Origin: Felis catus
Taxonomy: Eukaryota
Assembly (NCBI RefSeq): GCF_018350175.1
Contig: NC_058368.1
Location: 42,844,001 to 42,908,000 of the forward strand
Length of the DNA: 64,000 bases
Reading direction: 5' to 3'
Part shown: positions 47,806 through 62,569 of the stretch, in pieces
Layout of the letters: each line of letters begins with the position of its first letter
Numbering within the stretch: position 1 is the first letter of the stretch
The notes under the pieces: model-generated
Seen by the model: the letters and a program-made list of their open reading frames with translations, nothing else
Told to the model about the DNA's origin: nothing
Database searches by the model: none
Translations under genes and position numbers: made by a program

Positions 47806-47866
47806 CCTCTTCCACTCACGCTGTCTTTGTCTCTCTCAAAATAAATAAATAAACTAAAAAAAAAAA
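47632..47866 (+). mobile_element. CanSINE with (CT)n
   Basis: ggggtgcgtgggtggctcagtcggttgagc head, CT repeat and A-tail. Confidence 0.94.
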
Positions 47867-48481
47867 GAATAGGGAAAAATATTTTCCAGGCAGGCAGAAG
47901 AACAGGAAATGTGAAGTCCTCACCATACGAAGGAGTTGAAGGATTAAGAAGCCTGTTGTAAAGAAGAATTTGGATCAAAAAGAGAGTAGGGAGGTGCTTC
48001 AGGGATACATGAACATTTAACAGATGAGAACACTAAGTACTAAAGAGCCAATTTAATACAGCATTTCATCATGTGGTAATAAATGATAAGGCTAGAGAGT
48101 ATAGAAGCTGGAGGTGACAGGAATAAAATAATGCTTCAGAAGGCTGATCTGGTGACAGGAAACAAGAAAATATTAAGGTTTTTTTTTTTTTGTGCCTGTG
48201 TACATAGCATTTACAGGCTTTTACAGGTTTCCTGAATGTAAATAATATAAAAATGCTATATATGTTTGTAGACTTCTATGTGATCCACAGTGTTTTCAGT
48301 CTTCACATATTTTTATAGAGTCCAGTTTGTCTAGACAGTGCCTCATAGGAGCGTATAGCATTGGTGGAAATATCAAGGATCAATATCTGTTGATCCCTGA
48401 TTGAAAGGTAGGGATATCAAATTGTGTTGGTTTATCACAGGCTGATAGCTGAAATAAATCATGTTACCCAAATGTAAGAAA

Positions 48482-48484
48482 TGT

Positions 48485-48528
<44 letters not shown>
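48482..48528. repeat. (TG)n microsatellite
   Basis: Direct read of the sequence. Confidence 0.95.
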
Positions 48529-48530
<2 letters not shown>

Positions 48531-48599
48531 CAACTCCTCCAGAGCACCTCAAGGGAAGGAATTATGCTTCATTTATTTTTGTCACTTCTTAAAAATAAC

Positions 48600-49365
48600 T
48601 GATATATTGGCCAATAGAACAGAATAGAAAGTCCAGAAATAAACCCAAGTATAGGGAGTCGACTATTTTTTTTTAATCATAATAGGGATCTTCTCTTCTT
48701 CTTTTTTTTTTAATTCTCTTTAATCTTTACTTACTTTTGAGAGAGACACAGAGTATGAGCAAGGGAGGAGCAGAGAGAGAGAGGGAGGTACAGAATCTGA
48801 AGCAGGCTCCAGGCTCTGAGCTGTCAGCACAGAGCACGACGCAGGGCTCCAACTCACGAACCGTGAGATCATGACCTGAGACGAAGTCGGACGCTCAACT
48901 GACTGAGCCACCCAGGTGCCCCAAGAGTCGACTAATCTTTGACAAGGGTGCCAAGAATTTATAATGGGGAAAGGGTAGTTTCTTCAATAAATGGTGTTGG
49001 AAAACTGGATGTCAACATACCAAAGAATGAAATTGGTCCCTGTTTTCACATCATCAATTCAAAATGGACTAAAGACTTAAATGTAAGACCTACAGCCACA
49101 AAAATCCTAAAAGAAAGCACAGGGAAAAATTTTATTGATACTCTTCTTTGCAATGATGTATTGGATATACACCGGAAGCACAGGCAACAAAAGCAAAAAT
49201 AACAAAGGGGATCACATCAAACTAAAAAGCTTCTTCACAGCAAAGGAAACAAACAACAAAATGAAAAGGCAACCTTGGGAGAAAAAATTGTAAGGTATAT
49301 ATTTGATAATGCATTAGTACTCAAGATATTCACCGAACTCCTACATGTCAGTAGCAAAATCAAAT
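48600..49365 (+). mobile_element. L1 ORF2 fragment interrupted by a SINE
   Basis: aatagaacagaatagaaagtccagaaataaaccca...ctaatctttgacaaggg; peptide INSKWTKDLNVRP; catcaaactaaaaagcttcttcacagcaaaggaaac. Confidence 0.88.
48702..48922 (-). mobile_element. CanSINE with an extra 3' segment before the TSD
   Basis: SINEC body with many CpGs retained; TSD core gagtcgacta (48656-48665 / 48925-48934). Confidence 0.93.
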
Positions 49366-49539
49366 ATGAAAGTGGAAGTGAATTTTTTGCTTTGACAAGC
49401 ATTTTTAAATGTTACAGAATAATAATAATTTTCTCCATTGATTATTAAGATTACTTTGCATAGTTTCAACTTGCGTGACAATTTTTAGGGTCCTGGACTA
49501 CTATGCAAAGCAAAAAAAACATGCCCATATATACAATCA

Positions 49540-50709
49540 ATCCATTATTTTCCATTTTTATTTTAGCACCCTAATCTAAGCCATCATCATCTCTCATGTG
49601 GACAAATAGTGATCTCTCCACATTTTCTTTTCCTCTCTAGGTCCCAACCAATCCTCCCTGGGTAGTCAAATGGACCTGTGACAAAAATAAAACAGTTTAT
49701 ACCAAATTTATAAAACTATCCCTCTCCCCTTAAAAATTCCCTTCATTTAACAGGGTCAATAGGCTCCCCACAGACTTGGCATAACACAAACTTCTTCCCA
49801 CATTCCTCATCACCACCAACGGTGGTCAAAGGGTACATACACACTAGGGCAAGACCACTTCTCCTAGCATCTGCATCCAAAAACAATCCCAAATACTGAG
49901 ACTAAAACTATGCATCCTCAGGATTTCCCCTCCATTGACATAAACCAAGAGAGACTCCCAGACTTTCAGTGTAATCTAACACTTAATGGCCTTGCCACAT
50001 TTATCTGCCTTGATTTCACTAGGACTTAATTTGTAATCAGTCCACAACTTCCAAGGCTCTTACATTCTCATCCTTTCCTTTCACTCCTTCACTATCACTC
50101 TTGAAAACCTTCCTTTATGTTCTCTGGAGACAAATCTTCTAGATCCTTAGTCTTTTCTCAGAAGCCTTCATCTTCTTGCTCTCCTAGAAGACACTACCTG
50201 CAGCCTTCTCAATTGATGGTGGTTTTTTTGGTTTGTTTGTTTAGTTTGCTTGTTTGTTTGTTTCCTAAGCTCCTCACAGCCTCATTCTCCTTACTCCTCG
50301 ATTCCATTTCCAGACTATTATCCCATCATTTCTCTCTAAAAATTAGCTTGGAATCCATGTTGTCTGCGTCTCTCAGTTGCTGTGTTTCATTCTTGTCTAC
50401 TACCAATTCCTTAACGGACTCTCCATTTTTTAACCTTTTTAACCTTTGGCTGATGAGCTCTTCAACACAATTCTGGTGACCTTTCTCAGTGATCTGACAC
50501 ATGGACTTTCAGTTTCTCGAATTTCTCTCCTATTGATCTCATCCTTCACCCTACCTGAGTCACTCTCTGAAGTATATGCTTGGGGTGCCTGGGTGGTTCA
50601 GTCAGTTAAGCATCTTACTCTTGATTTCTACTCAGATCATGATCTCATGGTCTGTGGGATTGAGCTCCATGTCAGGCTCCAAGTTGACAGTGTGGAGCCT
50701 GCTTGGGAT

Positions 50710-50748
<39 letters not shown>

Positions 50749-53090
50749 TTCTCTCTCTCTCTGCCCCTCCCCTGCTCCTGTGCACTCAACTTTCTCTGTC
50801 TCTCTCAAAAATAGATAATAAACATTAAAAATATTCTAGTTTTTTAAAAAAAGAGGGATATACTAGAATTTGTTATTATCTAAAACATCAAGTCCTTCAT
50901 TATCTTGAAGGATGCTTGATGTATCCCATCCTCTGCTCATTTCATTTAATATTTTAACAATCTTTTCAACCTTACTGAAACTTTTCACTTCCTTCATTCT
51001 CTTCATGTTCTTTCTTTTCTGCTTACAGATTATGTCCCATAATCAATCATTAGAATCACTACCTTTCAGATACATTTTACATTTTTACTCCTCCCTTGTT
51101 TTTTGTACAGTCTTTGAAAAATCACAGCCAATTAAATCCATCTTTCCACTAATTCCATGTTTGTACCAATGAAGCTGAATTGTATAGATAAAAACATACG
51201 ACCATTCTGACTGGTGTCACTTTATAGTCATGATTATAAACATCAAATAGATTCTCAAAGCTGCTCATAGTCATACCTTAATTCATTCTCCTAATTTCCT
51301 AAGTGTTAATTTCATTCCTTTCATCTTAAGCTTCAAATACATTTTCCCTAGACTGATTCTTATTAGTGACCTTGATTCTCTGTGAAAACTGCAGGTAACT
51401 TAGCACAATTTCCCTGAAACTCCCACTATCATATCTACCCATGTACCAGGATCTGTACCATATTATGTACCATGTCCCATGTTATTCTTTTGAAATCCAA
51501 TCAGGCTGTCAACATTGGCACTGAATCTCATCTCTTCCCTCTACTCTAAAACATTGTGCTAAAAATTGGTGCTTCTTTTCTAATATCACAGTTTTCCTGT
51601 CTATTAGAACTCATACAAACTTGTTATTAGTTCTCCTATCTTTATAAAAGGAGACAAACAAAACAAACACAAACCAAAATTTTCCCCTGATCCATCTTTT
51701 CCCATCTGCTACCTTCTCATTTATTTTTTGTATGCCTTTGCCGCAAAACTCCTTGCAAATATTATACTTACTCAATGTGCTATTTCAAATGCCTCTCCTC
51801 CCATTATTGAAAACACATTCCAATCAGACTTTCACTCCAACTACTTAACTTCATTGACATAGTTTTTGTCATGGGCACTAAGGTCCTCCATGCTGCTAAA
51901 CCTTATGGTCTGTTTCCAATCCCCAATTTGCTTAATCTTTCAGCCTGCTTTTTATATCCTTGGGGATACATTTTCTTCAAATTTCTTCTATGATCCTACT
52001 TCCTTTTGGTTTTCTTCTTACTCCACTGGTCATTCCTTTCAATTTCCTTTGCTGCTCTCCTCTCCTTTATTCCAGAGTGCCCAGGATCTTCTTTTCTTCT
52101 CTGTAATCACTCCCTTAGAGATGTATTTCATTCTTTGTACAACTTTCAATACCATCTGTATGCCATCAGGCCTCAGATTTATGTATCTACAACAAAAGCA
52201 ATCACCTGAATTTATATATCCACCTGCTTATTTAACATTTGTCTAAGATATTAGTGGATATCTCATTAACTAACATTTCCCCATGATGCTTGATAAATAT
52301 CTCAAAATTAACATGCCCAAACCTGAACTTCTGATCTTGCACATACTGCCAAACCTCCTTTACACAGTCTAATGCACCTATGTTAATGGAAACTCTATTT
52401 TTCAGTTTTCAGTCTAAGATTCTAAATGTCTTCCTTTCTTTCATACTCTACATCTAATTCATACAAAATACTACTGAGTCAATTTTCAAGTTCCATTAAA
52501 ATTTGGACTCCTCCTAACTTCTTTCACTGAAATCAGATTCTCAGGTGGATTGCTATAACTTCCTAACTGTTCTCCCTGCTTCACCCGCTCTCTTTCCAAG
52601 CAGTCAGTGTAACCTTTTAAAAATGTAAAGCAAATCATACTACTTCTCTCTTCTAACCTTGCTAATAGATCTCCATGTCAATCAAAGTAAAAGCCTGAGC
52701 CTTTCTAATTGCTTACAAAGCTCTACAAGATCTGCTCCTCCTCTTTCTTCTCTCATCACATTCTGAGCTCTTACTTTGTTACTGCCCCCTCCCACTCTAC
52801 TCCAGAACAGGTTTCTTGGCTTGTCCCAGAACACAACACATATCCTCTCAATTGAACACTTTTGCACTGGCCAGAATGTCCCCACCAACCCCACTCCAAT
52901 ACCCATCTGGCTCTCTTCCAACCCTGCTTTGTCTTTATTCAGATCTCATGGTCTCAATGAGGTCTATCCTAAACACTCTATTTACAATTTTACTCCCTTC
53001 CTTACTAGCATTTTTAACTCTTCACATAACTTAAGCACAGTGACTGACCCATAGTAAATGTTCAATAAATATTTTTAATGAAAGAATTAA
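49540..53090 (+). mobile_element. L2 (LINE-2) long remnant(s)
   Basis: Pyrimidine-rich L2 motifs (ctcaaaattaacatgcccaaacctgaacttctgatctt; ctccatgctgctaaaccttatggtc) and the 3' end agcacagtgactgacccatagtaaatgttcaataaata; boundaries approximate. Confidence 0.7.
50582..50852 (+). mobile_element. CanSINE with (CT)n inside L2
   Basis: ggggtgcctgggtggttcagtcagttaagc head, CT repeat and tail. Confidence 0.93.
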
Positions 53091-53599
53091 AACCATTCAA
53101 AAGTTTCCCTAAAATCAGAGTAAAATCAAATGCCTTATCGTGTTCTTAAAGCATCTGTCTAGATTTCTAAACCCAACTCACACTCAATCTTCCTAACTAA
53201 CTTGGTTTCAGTCACTCTATCTTCAGTTCCTTGAACACACCCAATTTTTTTTTACCTCAGAACCTTTGTACCAGCTATACCTTTTCCCAGATCATAATCT
53301 TCTTGACATATTTCATAGTGAGCACCCCATTTTTCTGATGTCAGCTTAAGTGTCATATTTTCAATTGTTTTTCCTGGCTATCCTATCTTAATATTAAAGG
53401 CCCATGCTATTCTACATCATCATGTCATATTCTCCATTTACTTTTGGTTCATTTGAAAAAAAAATCCATTGTTTCTCCTCTCTAAAAGAATGGAAATTCA
53501 GTTATATGAACACATGGTCTCCTTGTTTAAAGATGAAGGTCCCCACTGAGCACAGTTTTTAGCAAATCACATGGCCTCAATAAATGTCAGTCTTTAGGT

Positions 53600-54180
53600 T
53601 ATAAAAACACAAACAAAAGAGAACATTTTGGGAAAGCAGCCATGGTATGACCTCCCATGGTTGCCCATCCCAGGCTTTCCCAATAAGAGCCTTGTGCCTG
53701 GAACACTTCCTTACCAACGCACAAAAAGCCCTTATTGCCTGTGAAGAGCTTGTCTCCATGTGTGGAAATATCTTCCCCTATTTCAGACTCAATGCACACT
53801 CTTTTATTCTGCTTAAGCGTATGCAGCATATGACATATGGCCAACTCCCCTACCATATCTCGACCCTGTGGCAAGAGGATAGGGTCCTTCTACTAGAGCA
53901 CCAGAAGGATGTGTATAGGCCAATTATCTTGCATCAGCTGTTGGGAAGGTATCACTGGCCATGGAAGACTGTTGCCCTCTACTGAAGCTAATCTTGCTCT
54001 GTCTTTTCTCTATGTGTTTGAGTTGTGTTTTCTTGGTGACTCAGATACCAAGATACAGTAGGCAAAATTGTTTCAACTTCTACTCCCGGGGGTTGGCCTA
54101 GTGATGATCTTTGCTATTCTTCATGTAGATGGTGTTCCACCCTGGTGTTGGTAACCAGTACATGCTGTGTCTGCTGGACA
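53600..54180 (+). mobile_element. ERVL solo LTR (LTR41-like)
   Basis: tgcttaagcgtatg..tggccaactccc..ctgaagctaatcttgctctgtcttttctct resembles the recalled LTR41 consensus; ends ggaca. Confidence 0.6.
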
Positions 54181-56620
54181 GAAAAGAAGGCAAAGTATGA
54201 CTCATCAGTTAATGACAATAGTTTACAGGCAGTGCAGAATAGAGTTTAAGGGTGCAGCTATGCTATCAGAATGTTTGGTTTCTGTTCTAGTTCTGCCATG
54301 TGGTTATTGTAAAGTAACCGTGCATCTGAGTGTCCTAGGGCAGTCTCTGATTATGCTTGCTGAACTTATTTTTTTACTTTCACTCTCAAAAGTGTCCTGA
54401 ATTGGAAGGAAAATAATTGTCTCTCCACTCCAAAGTAAGCATTTCTGCTTGGGACATACCTTTCTTGTCCCAGTTTCTTCACTTGTGAAGTAAGAATAAA
54501 AATGATACATAGGTCCTGTAGATGCTGAAGAGATTAAATAACCATATTTATATGAAAAACATATAATTTTTGTTTACTATACACACACTTTATGAAAGTC
54601 ATAGAGCTCAGACTAATCAATACATTATTGACAAATATATTACTGAAAAATTTTGCCATAAAAATTCCCTTCATCAGCCCATATTTATACTATTTAAATA
54701 TATTATACATATTTAAATTTGTAGAAATATAGAAATTTAGATAACAAAGCTTCATCTGACAAGACAAATTAAGTGCCTAATCATTCCTTTTAAGAAAGGA
54801 CAAAACACATTGTTCATTTACAGTGGAGTTTCAACAGCATACTTCCCAGTGACTACCTACTTCCTTATGGATAGAGACACCAAGAAGTAAACTATTAAAG
54901 CATTCCCAATAACATTATCAATCAGAATGGGTGAAGGTTTTTCTCTGAATACATAGTTAATGTCAGTAGAAAAAAAAATCAGTTCATATCTACAAAAATT
55001 CATTTAAATGTCCATTGTAGGAAATGTATTTGTTGTATAACCTTATTTATTTTATTCTTTTTATTACTCAAAAACTCCTTCCTTATTGGAACTTGTTTTC
55101 CCACATTTCAATTCTAATTTAATTTTTAATTTTTATTTTTGAATGAAATTACAAGATCTCTTTTACTTACTATATTTGTTTAAATTACATAATTGGAATT
55201 ATTATCATACATCAAAAATTTAGAAAGAAAATGTTACTGTTCATTCAATAGCGAAGGTTACAAGCTAAAAATTCTTAACATCTAAAATAGAACACAATTA
55301 ATTTTAATAAGCTAAAGTGCAACAGTAAGGCAAAAAGACAAGATATGTGATAAGCAGCTGTGGGACTGAAAGGTCATCACTAAACATGATTCTCATTTAC
55401 CCTTTTACTTTTAGTGTCAGGATCTTGTTCTGGCAACATAAACCCCTGAGATTTCTCAAGCCGTCCCTCTATATTGAGCAACCTTGCTAATTTAAAAGCC
55501 TTAGTGATTATGCTCTGTTATGATATTAATGGAAAGGTCAATGAATTCATGAAAATATCTCTCTTTTTTTTGCTTTTATGACATTCTGAACCTTTTCTGC
55601 TTTTACAATTTTCAACAAGAAACTGATGATCTGGATCCTTTTGCATAATAAATGAACATAAGCAGTCACCGTTTGTGATAATATCACTTTCCCTGTCATA
55701 TACTGAATGCACAGAATGAGGATCTCTGAATTGCTTGATACCTTCTCTTGTTTTTAATAAAAACAGGATCTTTCATGGGGAAAGAAGAAAGAGAGAAAGC
55801 ATTTTTAATAAGACAAGCTACAATTTAGAAGATGAAAAGGTTAAAAATTACCTTCAAAATCTCGTATTAAGTGCTGACATAGTGACTGCTAATACCTTTC
55901 TAGAATGCTTTTAAACAGCGTTTTACATTGAAATTGTCTCTGTATGGTGTCTGAAGGAAAATAGCAGAAGCAAAGACTAGAGAGCTTAAGGTAATAGAGT
56001 AAAGGAATAGCAATATTGCATAAGATGAAACAGAAAATAATAACATGAAATACCCTTTCTGGCATAGATCCAATTCTGTAAGCCACAATAACGCTTATAT
56101 TTTCCCATCTACCACACTCATATATTAAAGAAGGATTTTAATATTTTTCCTCATTATATGACAAGAGAAATTTCTTTCACGTTGAGCCAGGACAATCTTT
56201 CTTTTAGAGATGAATCATATAAAAACAGTTTGTAGATATAAAAGCAGACTAAATTGTATTCTAGCAGGGTTCAAGTATCTAAGGGCAAGTTCTGGCTAAG
56301 CACTTTTGGTGGCCAGTGTTTATAGAGCCTAAGAGCCATTAGACACATATTACCATTTAATCAGCAAATGGTTACTAGGTATAATTTACCATGTTTTATA
56401 ATATGCTAACTCCACAACTCTGGACACAGGTAATCATATCAGGGTTTATAACCTGAATTCACACTGTGTGAGTGCTCAGAAATCACTACAGCAGCCTGGT
56501 GGTGATCAGATCGAAAGGGTAGATCAGAATCAATAGAAAATCAACTTTGAAAAAGCCCAACACAATCAGGCCTCAGATTGGTTCCACATATTTAGTTAGA
56601 AAACCTATGAACACAAGCTT

Positions 56621-56622
<2 letters not shown>

Positions 56623-56660
<38 letters not shown>

Positions 56661-56698
56661 ACATACACATACAAGCACACACACGCACAAACACACAG
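56623..56698. repeat. (CA)n microsatellite
   Basis: Direct read of the sequence. Confidence 0.95.
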
Positions 56699-56979
56699 AC
56701 CCAGAATAAAGCACCACGAGTGAGAGAAAAAAAGTCCCTGAGAAAATAAGGAGCAGATCAGAAGCCTACTTAAGATTCTAAGAGAGAAGTCACAAATATA
56801 TTAAAAAGAATAAAAAAGGAAATAGAAGTAAATGTAGAATTTTTTTAATGATAGGAAATGATTTTCAACTTTTTGATAATAATTAAAACCTTTATAAAAA
56901 GATTAATTCCAAGAACCAAGTAATTGTAATTAAAACTGAGCTAGACAGATGTATAAAATCTCTCACTAGATTTTATTCA

Positions 56980-58050
56980 AGAAATTGAAAAGATAAGCTA
57001 CAAAGGGCCAAACAATATTTGTAACACACATATCTAGTATAGAATCAGTATTTATACTACATAAAGAAATTATGTAAGTAAAATGAAAGAAATGTAAAAT
57101 TAGATAAAAATGTAAAAAACATAAATCAAAAACATGATTAAAATGATCAAAACCATGAGGACATCAGGAAAGAGGAAACCTGAATTATTTATGGTTATAA
57201 TTTCATAAGTTACATGTGTCACATATATTTAAATTTACATTGATAATCAAGGAAATGCAAAAGAAATCCACACTGAGAAATTTATACATGCAAGTCTAGA
57301 AAACATAGGAGGCTGACAATGTCAAGTGTTGGTGAAAGAAGAAGCAATGGAAACAACCTCAAAGGGCTGTTTGTTGTACCACTTGGTGCAATCATTTTAA
57401 AACAATTGGATTGGTGTTATTTAATATATATATACTCTGTACTATATATACATACATATATGTGTGTGTATATATATGTATATATATATATATCCATTTC
57501 ACCCATATTTATATAACCTACAGAAAATCTTGCACATGTATCCTAGGAATAGGGATTAAAAAATTGAAATAACTCAATGTCCATGAAAAGAATGAATAAA
57601 TAAATTACAAAACATTAACTTATCATACAAAAAATTATTCTACAAATACAGTTGAGAATAATGATAAAATGAGCTTCTCTCAATTATATGCAACATCAGT
57701 TGATAGATACCATAATTATAAGCTTGAGGGAAAAAAAGTTTTCAAGAAAACATAGGATTTGAGTGCATTTATGTAAATGTTTAAAAGTTAAAATGATACA
57801 ATATATTATTTCAGGAAACAAACATATACAGCAAGGTTATAAAGAAAAATAAGGGGATACTATATGAACAGTTTGAAAGGAAGGTTTCCTGAGAGAAGGA
57901 AGAGGATAGAATGGGCTGGAAGAAAACTTAAAGAGAATATAGCATTTGTTTGTCTTTTTAATGGGGCACGGGGTCAATACATGGGTGTGTCTTACATCTT
58001 TTTATTATACAACTAAAATGTTTTTTGAAATATTATATATCTGCTCAAAA
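56980..58050 (+). mobile_element. Ancient L1 3' remnant
   Basis: aatatttgtaacacacatatcta, taatcaaggaaatgcaaaa, caagtgttggtgaaaga, aaatcttgcacatgtatcctagga. Confidence 0.6.
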
Positions 58051-58133
58051 ACAATGAAAACTATGCTGAATATTATTTATTTTTAGTTTAAATTAAAAAA
58101 GAATGTTATTAATTTTTTGTTAAAGCACATGAT

Positions 58134-58252
58134 TTTTTTTTAGTAGGCTCTATTCCGAGCATGGAGCCCCACATAGGGCTTGACTTCGAGACCTTGGGCT
58201 AAGACCTAAGCTGAGATCGAACACTTAACTTACTGAGCCACCCAGGTGTCCC
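58134..58252 (-). mobile_element. Short CanSINE lacking the CT region
   Basis: Head plus A-tail; TSD aagcacatgat (58123-58133 / 58253-58263). Confidence 0.88.
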
Positions 58253-58507
58253 AAGCACATGATCTTCTAATGCAAGTTCACATGTAGTCTAATATTGTTA
58301 GATACACACAGGCAATGTATCTAAATACAGGTTACTTTGTAGAGTTGTAAAATTAAAAAGTAATAGTTTGTAGATTTGATTCAATTATGATGACAATTAT
58401 TCAATTATGAGTTTTTCATAACAAAATGCACTTACATCATTTATTAATTAATTTTTAAATACTATTGATTCGTTCATTTTACTTTTTTTCTGGTACATTC
58501 ATTTTAC

Positions 58508-58719
58508 TTAAATTTTGTTTAGTTCTTATTTATTTACTTTTTAGAAGGGGGTGGGGGAGAGACAATGCACAGGGGAGAGACAGAAAGAGAGGACAGAGGA
58601 TCCAAAGCTGGATGTCTCCTGACAGCAGAGAGCCCAATATTGGGCTTGAACTCATGAATCATAAGATCATGACCTGAGCCAAAGTTGGAACCTTAACTGA
58701 CTGAGCTACCCAGGCACCC
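58508..58719 (-). mobile_element. CanSINE
   Basis: TSD tctggtacattcatttta / tctgatacattcatttta. Confidence 0.93.
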
Positions 58720-61700
58720 TCTGATACATTCATTTTAAGGAACACTAAATGTTTTGTTCAATTTTCAAAAACCTTTTAATTTTTTTATTTTTAAAATTAA
58801 AAAAAAATAATTTCAGTTAATTAGCATACAGTATTATTGCAGACCTTTGAATTCTATTTTGGAAAAGGAAAAGTATGATCGTTAAAAATGAGTGGAAAAT
58901 CATCTCATTACTTCATGGAGTGTTTTAGGTTTAGACTCATATATCAATTAAACATATGTAAAAGGAACTCATAAGAAATTCTTCCCATTATCTACAATTT
59001 CAATTATTTCATATCTAAGCAAAGAACAAGATTCGAATTACATATAACTACTGTAACACAAAAGTGATTTTGCATAAAGACATAGTTATCTATTATTTTA
59101 AATTCGATCTGATTCTCTTGCATAACTTTAACTAAAAATTATACAGAAATGGGGCAAATGTAATGGGAGGCAAGGTATATGGAAAATGTTTTTGGTTTCT
59201 TTCAGGTCAACTTGAATTTCAAAGGGAGAATATTTTTAACTTCCAATCACGTCTAAGTTATATCTTAAAAGACAGAACATTTGAAGAGCAATGTCATAAT
59301 TGTGTCATAAGTTAATAAAAGTCTCAAAGTTGCCAACATGATATTCAAGATTTTCTGAGTTTATGATAAATACTAAATTTTATGTCTGATACCCTCCTTG
59401 TTCATTTTATTTCATCTGCCAAACCTTTAAACACAAAAATCAAAATGAGTTACTATCTACTACTGATGCAAATGCTTATAACAAATAAATAGAGAATATT
59501 AGTACTGGCAGTTTACCTAATGAGATGCTGCTTCAAATGTGCAAGCTCGGCAAATGGCTTGTAAAGTGTCCCTGGAAATTAAAAGTAACAACATTTTGTG
59601 AAAAGTTGCAGCAACCAGAGACTGAAAATGTCTTCACTCAATTCAAATTCCTAAACCTTTTCCTGTTTGACAAGATGATATAAGTGCATAGGCCAAAAAT
59701 AGGCACAAATTATGCTATAACATCTGATACTTTTCAAGAGAAAATTTGGGAGAACGATAAAGTGGAATACTGTTTATAATGCGACTCTGAGGCTGCTGTG
59801 TAAATTGCTAAGATTTATTTTTACAAAATCTTCCAATTCCGTCTTTAATTTATATCTTTCTAAATCTGCTCCGGTAGTGAAACAAACGTGGCGGGCTTCG
59901 TTTTGATTCTACAGTAAAGTATATAGGGACTATGATAAAAATATAAAGATTAGCCTATGTTACTTCTTTCAGATTAGCCTCTGTTACTTTACATTAATCA
60001 GTTTATTCTGTAAGAAAAGGGAGGATTTTTCCCTAACCCCATCCTGACAATTACATTTTTAAATGATTTAAGGACTCTCAGAGATAAAAAATTATCATGA
60101 AGAAAGTATGATTATCAATAACTTGAATATGTAAAGATGCTGAGAGTGACTCTTTTGGGTAGTTAAGCCAACGTCTGTATTAGTTTGATGTAAACTGTCC
60201 ACTCCTATCCTTGCCTCCACTTTGATAAGTTTATTTGCTTCATTTTTAGAACAAATAAAGAAGCCAATAGTTTAGTCAATAGTTATTACAGAGGATTGCA
60301 ACTTACTAAGTAGTCTTATAGTCAGAAATGTGTGGTGTTTTGCTGAGACCAAAATAATGGAAACCGTTTCTATTCACTTAATACATTAGCTAAATTATAA
60401 GAGGTTTCTTAAAATGAATATCAGAGGAAATGTGAGATCACATGTCTGAGTTTAGGCTATAGACAGTAATAAAAGAAAGATTTTTTTTAAAGTTACAGAA
60501 TCAATTTTAGAAATCATAAACCACATATCAGCATTTAACCAATTATATAAACTACCTAGTGGTTCAAATATTTGGAGGTCTAGGTCAAGAGTGATTATTT
60601 ACATTAATTTTGTATATCACATTATTATCACCTCTCTCAGCGTTCATTTCATTAGATATGAAAAGATGCCTTTCTTTTTTTTTTTATTATTGTTTTGCAG
60701 GTCATAAGGATAGAGATTTATTTTTAACGTTTAAGTTTTTAGAAACTTCAATTTCAGTTTTAATATATAGTTTTATATTTCCTCTTAGAATTTTATTTCC
60801 TGCAGGAATGTTATGTGTTCCTTCCAACAGAACAGTTTCTGCTTATTCAACCATTTGACCATGGTTCCAGTAGATTTCAAGATTTTGCAGACCTTAATAT
60901 GACTATTAAAACTGGAGGCTTGAATAAATCTACTTACTAAAGATTTTACAACTTCTTCACAAATGTAATAAAGTTTAAAAAAAATCTAATTTCAGAGTAT
61001 TTTTCTTTGCTTTTTTAAAGTTCTTTTTGTATGATTAGTTACTAATGTGAGTATTTTTCCTATAAATTATGCAATATTTTTTAAAGTGTGTAAATATATT
61101 CTCATAAAACCTTAAACAATATAGAAATATATTACATAAAAATTGAATGTTTTTCTAACTTATTTTTCCTTACCCCAGCACTCACTATCATGTCTTTTCC
61201 TCAGAGATATTAAGATATTTAAGTATAGCATATATTTTCTAGAACTTTTCACTATGCATATGTATTTTTCCCTTTATAAATTTTGATTTAAGTAATTCAA
61301 ATAAGATAAACATAGAAATCTTTTTTCCAGCTTCTCACCATTTCTTCATGGGCAATGTATAAATAACATTGGTAACCTAGTATATTTGAGTCCATAATTT
61401 TTCCATATTTATAAAGAGTAGTATTATAAATGTATTTTGTATTTATTTGCTTTCAAAAAATATGAGCTCACTTTGCATAATTTGAAACTTAATATTTCTC
61501 ATTTCAAATGCACATTATACAAGCCCCAGGTAAGTACTGAACTCATTCATTTAGATACATGTACAATATTCCACTCTAGGTATGACACTTTATCCACTCA
61601 TTATTAATTGTTTTCAAGTTTTCTTTCCTAAAGTGAAATCATGACTATTTAGCTTGGACCACAGACTTACGTTATTTCTATATGATAAAATACCAAATGA

Positions 61701-62113
61701 AGGGTTACTTCTACTTTACTTGTACTTTAGTTCTATGGATTTTGCCAAATTTCGAGTTGTTTTCATAGTTTTAGCAGATTTTTATTTAAACATAATTATG
61801 GTTATGTTAATTCTGAGATAATGTATTCGTTATTATTATTATTTAACTCTTATCCAGAAACATGGAAATTCTCTCTATTTGTTCAGTGGTTTGGTTTTGT
61901 TCCCAAACATGTAGAGTAAGATTTTATACTTAATTTCAATAGAATATATACCTTTTGTTAAATTTATATTTGAGTTTTTGTTGCTATTGTTAATAAGATT
62001 TCGTGTTTTTCTTTTTATATATAAATGAATACTACTATTCTAGAGAAAACTTTATTTTTCTCTATCAAGTAGCTATTCTTCACCTAACCATGACAACACA
62101 GGATTTTTTATTT

Positions 62114-62330
62114 AAAAAAATTTTTTTTCTTAATGCTTATTTATTTTTGAGAGAAAGAGAGACAGAGACAAGTTGGGGAGGGGCAGAGAGAGAGGGAGAC
62201 ACAGGATTCAAAGGCTCCAGGTTCTGAGCTGTCAGCACAGAGCCCGACATGGACCTGGAACCCACAAACCGTGAGATCATGACCTGAGCCGAAGTCGGTC
62301 ACTTAACCCACGGAGCCACCCAGGAGCCCC
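62114..62330 (-). mobile_element. CanSINE
   Basis: SINEC body; decayed TSD caggattttttattt / taggactttgtattt. Confidence 0.93.
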
Positions 62331-62569
62331 TAGGACTTTGTATTTTTATTCATTCGATTAATTTTCCTTTGCCAGTCCACTAAGTGGAAAATAATTTTCG
62401 TTTACATTTTTTTAATCAACCTTAAGGGCAGCCATATCTTCATTTGTTTATTATTGAGCCACTTTCTGAGGAATCATCTTCTACTCCATGTACGTTAATT
62501 ATTTGCTTCTCCGCCGCTTCTTGTTGCTTAAGATACATTTACTTCCTCATTTTCTTTTTTTAAGTAAAG

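Noticed and set aside
50117..52246. Leu/Ser/Phe-rich 120-126 aa ORFs that look membrane-like
   Set aside because: Products of pyrimidine-rich L2 and SINE sequence.
53647..53985. 112-aa ORF
   Set aside because: Lies within an LTR41-like element; no recognisable protein motif.
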